In this document: in pieces, positions 55,391-64,000 of the stretch
Layout: the number at the start of each line of letters is the position of its first letter
Numbering within the stretch: the first letter of the stretch is position 1
Made by a program: the position numbers and the translations under genes
The notes under the pieces: generated by a model
Database searches by the model: none
The model's input: the letters and a program-made list of their open reading frames with translations, nothing else
What the model was told of the DNA's origin: nothing
Assembly (NCBI RefSeq): GCF_006345805.1
Contig: NC_043008.1
Coordinates: 15,996,001-16,060,000 of the forward strand
Direction: 5' to 3'
Source of the DNA: Octopus sinensis
Lineage: Eukaryota
Length of the DNA: 64,000 nt

Positions 55391-55670
55391 TTTATATATT
55401 CTGTATTTCTAAGGGAAGAAGGTCTATCTTATATAATACACCCCTTTTTGTCTAAGACATTGTTTTGTTCCTTTCTGTGAAATTTGGTTGCATATGCAGA
55501 GACGCCATAGAGCTTATTTCGTCGACATTTCTTGAAGAGGAAAATCTAAATGGAGAGTAAATAAGTAAAATAAAGGACGTCGGCATAATACAATACATAT
55601 AATATATACAATATCATATCGGGATGAGAGCGCTAAGCAGTGAAAAATATACATATCATGTTATTACCAT

Positions 55671-55831
55671 TTCGAATATGCTAAAAGAGAGATCGGATTT
55701 GTAAACAAGCTATTTACCTAGGAATGTCATGGAGACAAATTCTCTTATATCTCCAGCGGGACATTTTCAACATGATAAAGCACAGTGAATGGCTTGTTTA
55801 CAAGTCCGATCGTTCGTTTAGCTTATTCGGA
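55671..55831 (+). ncRNA. candidate structured RNA hairpin (47-bp stem)
   Basis: 55671-55717 pairs with 55785-55831 with 5 G:U and 3 mismatches on the + strand. Confidence 0.45.
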
Positions 55832-55889
55832 TTCGTAATAACATTGCAACAATATAAAATACATCATGAATAATGATTTGGCATTGGAG

Positions 55890-55936
<47 letters not shown>

Positions 55937-56104
55937 TTACACACAAATATATATGTATATGATGATGTTTTCATCTTCATAGATGATAGCCGTCCCATCA
56001 ACACACACACCACACCTCCATCTCACTGTACAATCACTCCGCTGATGAGCCCCTCGATGACATTTAAGACCAGCTGCTGAGTGACAGGGTTTACAGAATA
56101 ACTG

Positions 56105-56400
56105 TCAGATATTTAAGATCCTTCTATATCTTTGCACCTTGGAATCTGATTGTGAAGGAATTCTTTTATGAGCTAAAATATGACTTTTAAGTCCAGATAT
56201 TGTCTTACAAGTTTTTTGACTAATGACACAAGTTGTGTGAGGGAGTTGGTGACCAAGATCATCACTTATCTGTGTATTACGATTTTCATGTGACATCATA
56301 TGGTCCACGTATCCTTCCTTTTACAACGGAACACTATCACCTATAATACCATACCCAATATTCACTGTTGATTACTGTTCTAATTTTCCCCATCGACAGC
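56105..56400 (-). mobile_element. possible RTE-type LINE 3' end (terminal zinc-finger-like motif)
   Basis: KTCKTISGLKSHILAHK resembles the CxSxxGLxSHxxxH end of RTE ORFs; nothing else is clear. Confidence 0.3.
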
Positions 56401-57413
56401 TCATTTTAAGTTCAGAATGCTGAATCATCTTTCCCTCCAGGGAATTACAACCAGTCCTAACACACATATAAACAAGGCCGCATGAGGTATACACATTTGT
56501 GTGTCAGCGCTGGATATATTTATCCGTCAATATATTTATGAATGTATCCGCAAATATTGCAGTGTGTGGGAAAGGTGCATATGAAACAGTGAAACGCTAT
56601 ATAGAGACACCAGTAAGATCAACATTTTTCCTTCTTCTACTTGGCTAAATATATCAACAAATATCAGTCTTGGAGAAAGTAAATTAATCTTTGTATATAA
56701 ATATTCTTGTTTACTTAGTAGAAAATTCGTTTATGCTAATTTGGACAAAGTGAACTGTCTGTACAATTTCAAATAATGACATTTGCAAATTCAATTATAG
56801 TGACACGTTTCATGTGTGTGCTTCTACAAAAATATTTTTTCACACACACACACAGACAAACACACACACACACACACACATACGCACACACATACACACA
56901 CACATACACACACACATATATTAATGTATGTGTGTATATATATGTATATATATATGTGTGTGTGTATGTGTATATATATATGTATATATATATGCATGCA
57001 TGTATGTATTATATGTATGTCTATATATGTATGTTTGTATATATATTTATGTAGATACATATATGGTTATACATATAGTTTTGTGTATACATATATGTAT
57101 ATATATATATATATTATATATATATATATATATATGGATATAAAAATATATGTGTGTATACAAACGTGTGTGTGCATAAATATATATAAATATATACACA
57201 CAAGCAAACATCCACACATACATACACACATATATAAGTCTAGTTGCATGCATATGTAAATCTTAGCAGCGCACATCAATCAAACGTTTAGTGACCGCCT
57301 CTATTTTCTGCTTCAGATATACATACAAAAATATAGTAGTTCAGACGAAAGTACATACATTCACAGCAACACACAAAAACACAGATAACGTGAATATATC
57401 ATGTCATCGTACA

Positions 57414-57561
57414 CATTCGCGCATGCATGCATGCATACATACATACATTCACACATATACATACATACACACACACATACATACGTACATACATGCATAC
57501 ATACATACATGCATACATAGGGACTTACATGCGAATAAAAATGCAATTAATATATATACAC

Positions 57562-57602
<41 letters not shown>

Positions 57603-57652
57603 TATATATATATTATATATATATATATATATGTATATACATATATATATAC

Positions 57653-57698
<46 letters not shown>

Positions 57699-57860
57699 TC
57701 GCGCATGCATGCATGCATACATACATACATACATACATACATACATACCTACATACATACATACTTACATACATACATACATACGTACATACATATATGC
57801 ATACATAGGGACTTACAAGCGAATAAAAATACAAATAATATATACACATTGCATATATAT
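57414..57860. repeat. tandem duplication (period ~282 bp) of a microsatellite-containing unit
   Basis: CATTCGCGCATGCATGCATGCATAC and CATAGGGACTTACA.GCGAATAAAAAT.CAA each occur twice, at 57414/57696 and ~57516/57804. Confidence 0.8.
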
Positions 57861-58285
57861 CTATATATATGGATTTCTGTGCCTGTATCTGTGTAATTGT
57901 GTGTTACAGATTGTGCAAAATTCACATGAAAATTAAGTTTCGATATTTATGTCTCCTGTATGTGTATTTGGTTTGCCGTTGTTGTTGCTGTTGTTGTTGT
58001 TGTTGTTGTTGTTGCTGAAGGTGTCTGTGCATTGTTATGTGTGTATTACTGTCTTTTAACTTTATAAAGAATACGGAAGCTTGAACACCTTCATATGCAT
58101 ATGGAAATATATATGTATCTCTCCCGCTCTCTCTCCCTCCCTCTCTCTCCCTCCGTCTCCCCCCTCTCTCTATATATATATATATATGCCTATGTAAACG
58201 TACATATTCATATATATAGCCATACAAATGCAAACATATGGTATGTGTGTCTATGCGGCTGTGTATAGATATAATATATATATAT

Positions 58286-58350
<65 letters not shown>

Positions 58351-58579
58351 ATATATATACGTGTATGTATGTATGTATGTATGTATGTATATATGTATTG
58401 GGAACTATGTGTTCAGTTAATCTTGAAGGCAAAAACATTATTTACGCTTTGGAAAGCGATATTTTACCTGTCATATTGTCTCTATAAATATAAATTTGTT
58501 CACATAATTCCGTGTATTCTTTGTTTTAATGTATTCATGAAATTTCAATCTTTAAATTTTACTTTTCCATATTTATCAT

Positions 58580-58945
58580 CGTCATGATCATTATGATCAT
58601 GATCATCATAATAATCATTATCATCATCATTATTATCATCATCACCATCATCCTCATGATCATCAGGAATATCATAGTCATCATCGTCGTCATCATCATC
58701 ATCTTGTTCTTGTCATTGTTGCTGTTGTAGTTGTTGTAGTTGTTGTTGTTGTTGTCCTTCTTCTTCTTCTTCTCTTCTTCTTCTTTTTCTTCCTCTTCTT
58801 CTTATTCGTCATCATCATCTTCATCCACTTATCTTCCTCATTTTCTTCTTCGCCTTCTTCTCCTTCATCTTCTTGTCCTTCATATTCTTCTTCTTCATAC
58901 TCTTCTTCTTCCTCTTCTCCTTCTTCATCGTCATTGTGCTTATCA
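58580..58945. repeat. (CAT)n/(GTT)n/(CTT)n trinucleotide field
   Basis: Direct reading. Confidence 0.9.
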
Positions 58946-58959
58946 TCAGCGGTTGTAGC

Positions 58960-59410
58960 AGCAGCAGAGCATGGTATCAATGTAACGCTGGGGTACATAT
59001 ATTCGAGCATATAATTCCCCTCATGACTAAATATTTAACAAAGGCACACCAGACAAATGCATCGCAGTCATATTTGAGCGGCATTGGTGACCTCATATCA
59101 AGATAAACAGCGCATGACTTCGAAGGTTCATGTTAGTTAGAATTGCCTTCATATCGAGTAGACAATCCCTCTAAAAGGTCACGAATAAGGGTTTTGTAAG
59201 GACGATGGACAAAATGCCCATATGTCTAGGATTGAAATACTGAGACACCAAAAGAATACTTCTGAAAACATGGTTATGATACACTCCAGCTGCTCATGTT
59301 TGCGTCGAGATGTGCGCATATCGTCAGCCAGTAAGAGAAATGCATAAAGGGTTCAGGTCAAACAAATCTGTGTTATTCAGAAAAGTATTTACTCCACACC
59401 ATCTTTTGCA
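58960..59410. repeat. family E repeat, diverged copy
   Basis: Homologous to 20992-21453; flanked by trinucleotide arrays. Confidence 0.75.
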
Positions 59411-59494
59411 CCAATGAAAATCTTGCAGTATCAACACTTCGCATTGAATTCCTCCAGAGCATTTAAATCATCATCATCGTCAATCCGCTTCTCC

Positions 59495-60175
<681 letters not shown>

Positions 60176-60335
60176 CAAAAGAGAACAACCAGAAATAGTA
60201 AACGACAAGGTAAGAAAAGTCTTGGAGTGAATGTAATGACTCACCAAGTCAATATTTTAAAGGAAAATATGAGAACAAGGAGAGAAAATACATACAAAAA
60301 CAAAAAATATAATAAAAGACAATGAGAAATAGAAA

Positions 60336-60403
60336 AGAAGACCATTGTGTATGATCTCAAATTGGTATTTGACCAATTTAAGATTCATACAGAATGGTCT
60401 TCT
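60336..60403 (-). ncRNA. 68-nt hairpin in the putative PAK 3'UTR (pre-miRNA-sized)
   Basis: Minus strand AGAAGACCATTCTGTATGAATCTTAAATTGGT-CAAAT-ACCAATTTGAGATCATACACAATGGTCTTCT: ~31-bp stem with 1 G:U, 1 bulge and 1 C:C. Confidence 0.45.
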
Positions 60404-60465
60404 AATGAAAAAATTATGGTCTTCTAATGAAAAAAATTATGGTCTTCTAATGAAAAGAATTATGG
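60394..60465. repeat. three tandem 22-23 bp units ATGGTCTTCTAATGAAAA(A/G)AATT
   Basis: Direct reading; begins 10 nt after the PAK stop codon. Confidence 0.9.
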
Positions 60466-60474
60466 AATTTTTAG

Positions 60475-60690
60475 TTAGTTTGATGATAGACCTCGAACTT
60501 CACGTGCAGCGAGTATGAGTGGTTTGAGTGAGGAGAGAGGCTTACAATTTGAGAGAAATTTATGACGGAGAAGATCCTGTGCAGAAGTTCGGTTTTCTAC
60601 CTCCACTTCAAGACATTTGTAAATAAACTCTCGTAAAAGTGGGGGCAATGAATCCTCCTTTTTGATTTCAGGTTTGCCATATTTAGCAAC
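60475..60690 (-). CDS. PAK1: terminal coding exon of a divergent group I p21-activated kinase (PAK1/2/3-like), kinase subdomains X-XI and C-tail; 5' boundary uncertain (candidates 60689 or 60706)
   Basis: VAKYGKPEIKKEDSLPPLLREFIYKCLEVEVENRTSAQDLLRHKFLSNCKPLSSLKPLILAAREV aligns without gaps to the PAK1 end [65 protein letters not shown]; TAA at 60477-60475. Confidence 0.85.
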   Translation of the reverse strand, partial: VAKYGKPEIKKEDSLPPLLREFIYKCLEVEVENRTSAQDLLRHKFLSNCKPLSSLKPLILAAREVRGLSSN

Positions 60691-60746
60691 TTTTTTTTCT
60701 TTTTTTCTCCATAACAAGAATGCAAACATATATATGTGTGTATATA

Positions 60747-60795
<49 letters not shown>

Positions 60796-61184
60796 TATAT
60801 TCGTATATTGGATATATGTAACATTCAGTTGAATATAGTGTTATTTCCTGTAGTGCTTGCAGAAAAATATATTCAGCTGAGTATAAAATCCGCTTTTAAG
60901 CTACTCAGAATATGAGAATCACATTTTCTTAGATAGGTGAAGGAATAATTAACAAATGAATGACATGTGTCAATCCATTGTGGTCGTTTCTAACAGCCCC
61001 TGTACTAAATTATCTTTAGTATAGGACCATTTTTTACAACTCCTCTAATTTTGACAGTTTCTAGTAACTTCTTTAATTAATTAATGAGTGCATTATATAA
61101 ATTCCAAAGAAACTGTTTTCTTCAGATGGATACTTTACAATGACGGACATTCCATATAATTTAACCGATTATAAAATTTCTTAA

Positions 61185-61689
61185 AATCCCGGAGCCAACA
61201 TTTGCAAAATCCTACAACTTTTACGGTTGACAGACTGAATTTACCAAAAGGACCTGTTTTATTTTATGAAATTAGTAAAGTATTTTTATAAGAGGAAGAA
61301 ATGAGCGACCTATCCCAACTTCCAGCAATGGAGGAAGCCGTGGCTACTCGCCTCTGTGATATTTATAAAGGAGCATTATATTGCCTTCTGGTAAATGGTA
61401 GTGGATGATTTGTTGTCAGCCCAATCTATTAAGTTATCAGGGTAATCATTCCATTGCCATTTACTAGTAGAGAATAAAAGTTTCCTTTATAGATATCACA
61501 GACAAACGTAGCCACAGCTTTCTCAATTTTTTGACGTGGGAATAATGAGATCACTGCAGGTCGCTTTTTCCTTCCCCTCGTACGTAGAAATACACTATTA
61601 ACCTGAAAGAAAAAAAAATATTCCTTTTGGTAAACTCATTCTGTCAACTGAAATAGCAGCAGAATGCTGGAAATGTTGGCTCCGGGATT
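61185..61689. repeat. long imperfect inverted repeat (~225-245 bp arms, ~33-nt loop)
   Basis: 61185-61203 pairs perfectly with 61671-61689; 61227-61251 with 61622-61647; 61331-61410 with 61444-61525. Confidence 0.9.
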
Positions 61690-61941
61690 AGATAGTGATA
61701 TAGACCATGGTTATTAAACTGTAAATAATTTGCTTTCAGAAAATATAGGTTGAGATTATACAATCCTTGATAGACTCACAAAAATGCTTTGCGAAGAACT
61801 AAGGAGAATTGTGTAGTTACTACATCTTAAAGTACAATAAATGATGAAGTGTAAGATCATTAATTCGAACCCCTACGTACTGTGGAAAATACCGACATAT
61901 ACGCGTGTTTACACGCTTGGAAAGTGCTATGACTTGCGAAA

Positions 61942-62013
<72 letters not shown>

Positions 62014-62716
62014 CAAACATGTTTGTATTTAGATAGATGAAGATAAATAGATACCTTTTTTTGCCATGGTAAATATTCTATATCTTGCATCTATAATTCT
62101 CGTTTGTTTTTCTTTTTATATTTGGAATGTTTGGATTGCACTTTTGTTTAACTAATAAAAGGCTCCATCGTAAAATGAAATAAAATTTATGAATTATTCA
62201 AGAAATGAAATTAGCAATAGCATGGAAATAGCAATTACAGTTTAAACCATTGAAGGCAATAAAATTATAGCAATAAAATTTTTGGTAATTATGTAAGTTA
62301 GAACTCTACTTTAGGCAATAATATAAATATGAGAAAAGATTTTTCGGCAACTACCAAACCAAATGGTAGGAACTGATGAATGGCAAAAGAAGGATGACGT
62401 AAAAATCATTGAATTCTAAATATCTTTTTGTATTAAAATACGAAAGTTATTAATAATAAACGGGAAATAAATGAGGTGTAATGAATGATTTTTGTTTTCT
62501 TAATAAGTACTTCATGCTAACAAATTACTGATATCAAAAAACATGAATGATTATTGTAAACTGAAATTGAAATATTACTGAAGTATCAAAAACGGTGTTT
62601 ATAATTTCTTTATTGAGGTTGTCATTACTTTAATTTACTTAACACTTTACTTTTTATAGTGTTCCGTAATTTTCTGCAGTTTTCGATAATTACATGCGAC
62701 TTCCTATGTTCCGATA

Positions 62717-63032
62717 TATTGGGGTGTTCGGAAATTTCGTGCCGACTTATAGTAGCTAACATTTTGATTTTAATTTAGAACATGGTTGAGTCCATGAAAT
62801 AGGATTTGACTATACCTCCATTTAAAGCATAGTTTAAGCTATCTTTTAGTAGCAGACGTTTTATGTTCCTATAACCTGTGTTAATTCTGTAACCCTTTGA
62901 AATGGAAGAGAAGAAAGTTCATTTTCGGCACTTGATGCTTTGGGAACCAGACAAAACTTGCTGCAGCTCGTCTGGGATGTGTTACCCCACCGTCCATATT
63001 CACCAGATATTGCTTCTCCAGATTTCCACTTC
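62717..63032 (+). mobile_element. internally deleted mariner (left TIR, N-terminus fused to the YSPD region)
   Basis: TA+TTGGGGTGTTCGG TIR; MEEKKVHFRHLMLWE joined directly to TRQNLLQLVWDVLPHRPYSPDIASPDFH. Confidence 0.85.
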
Positions 63033-63034
63033 GG

Positions 63035-63352
63035 GATTTTGTGCGACTTAAAAACTTATGGATTTTCGGAATGGCAGAGAAGAACAACTTAATCTTCAAG
63101 TCTCCACTTGTGCATTGGCACAAAGGTCGAGAGTTTGCCTATCTTTTATAGGGTGTTGGCTATGCATTTTCTTCTCCTCTGCAGTTTTATAAGTTCTTCT
63201 GGGTATTTTTTCCAAAAAAGGCCAGTTCCATCACATTTGAATACCTGTTGTGCGATGTAACCTTTGGCTGCGATGAGCTGACGGAATTCACACAGGAAAT
63301 CTTTAGCTGCCTTCATCTCAGAGCTCTCTGCTTCTCCATAACTGACACATTT
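63035..63352 (-). mobile_element. pogo/Tigger (DDE_1) transposase fragment
   Basis: Minus strand YGEAESS..AAKDFLCEFRQLIAAKGYIAQQVFKCDGTGLFWKK..EEKK...KDRQTL.LCANA.GDLKIK. Confidence 0.85.
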
Positions 63353-63354
63353 AA

Positions 63355-63830
63355 ATCTTTGAATATTTAAAGAAGCACTACAACATTGTAGGAAGCACTC
63401 CGTCGGTTACGACGACGAGGGTTCCGGTTGATCCGATCAACGGAACAGCCTGCTCGTGAAATTAACGTTTTAGTGGCTGAGCACTCCACAGACACATGTA
63501 CACTTAACGTAGTTCTCGGGAATATTCAGCGTGACAGAGAGAGTGACAAGGCCGGCCCTTTGAAATACAGGTACAACAGAAACAGGAAGTAAGAGTGAGA
63601 GAAAGTTGTGGTGAAAGAGTACAGCAGGGATAACCACCATCCCCTGCCGGAGCCTCGTGGAGCTTTAGGTGTTTTCGCTCAATAAACACTCGCAACGCCC
63701 GGTCTGGGAATCGAAACCGCGATCCTACGACCGCGAGTCCGCTACCCTAACCACTGGGCCATTGCGCCTCCACACTACAACATTGTAAACTGCTTGAGAA
63801 TCATCGATATGGCCTGGCAGGTTAGCGGAG
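63355..63830 (+). mobile_element. second Tigger fragment in opposite orientation, interrupted by the SINE
   Basis: Removing the SINE and one TSD gives EYLKKHYNIVNCLRIIDMAWQ (Tigger FWKxxFNIxxCLxIIDxAW). Confidence 0.7.
63391..63772 (-). mobile_element. young full-length tRNA-derived SINE (family C) with a 15-bp TSD
   Basis: Head GGAGGCGCAATGGCCCAGTGGTTAGGG, B box GTTTCGATTCC; TSD CACTACAACATTGTA at 63376-63390 and 63773-63787. Confidence 0.95.
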
Positions 63831-64000
63831 GACAGCGTAGCGGAGAATGCTATCTCTACGCGTAACATAAAGTCAGTGTTGCCAAAGCAGTAGTATCTTT
63901 CTGAATTTGTAGAAAAATACGATCTTGAAAAAGTAGCTACAAGTCATACAACTGCTTATTTAATAACACTGCTCTGGCACAAAATTTTGAAAGGCATGAA

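Noticed and set aside
58699-59010. Acidic/basic low-complexity ORF resembling a nuclear protein
   Set aside because: Built from (CTT)n/(CAT)n arrays and the edge of a family E repeat.
60394-60465. Short direct repeats superficially like a CRISPR array
   Set aside because: Units are contiguous with no unique spacers, in eukaryotic context with no cas genes.

Overview
AT-rich, microsatellite-saturated eukaryotic DNA whose repeat content (tRNA-derived SINE families, R4/Dong, Tx1, Penelope, mariner/maT/pogo, Chapaev3-like relics) is typical of a cephalopod, most likely Octopus; this assignment is an inference. Only one host coding exon is recognisable: the terminal kinase-domain exon of a divergent group I PAK gene on the minus strand (about 60475-60690). 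Its upstream exons lie beyond the window end. Everything else recognisable is decayed transposon or simple repeat. The most interesting signals not explained by these features are fold-back structures: (1) a 47-bp stem at 55671-55831 whose five transition differences are all G:U pairs on the + strand; (2) a 68-nt pre-miRNA-sized hairpin in the PAK 3'UTR; (3) a ~505-nt inverted duplication in the last PAK intron whose arms encode similar peptides; (4) a perfect 41-bp palindrome; (5) an inverted-arm element with a decayed hammerhead-like layout. All alignments were done by eye, and boundaries of decayed repeats are approximate. No CRISPR arrays, rRNA genes or prokaryotic systems are supported.
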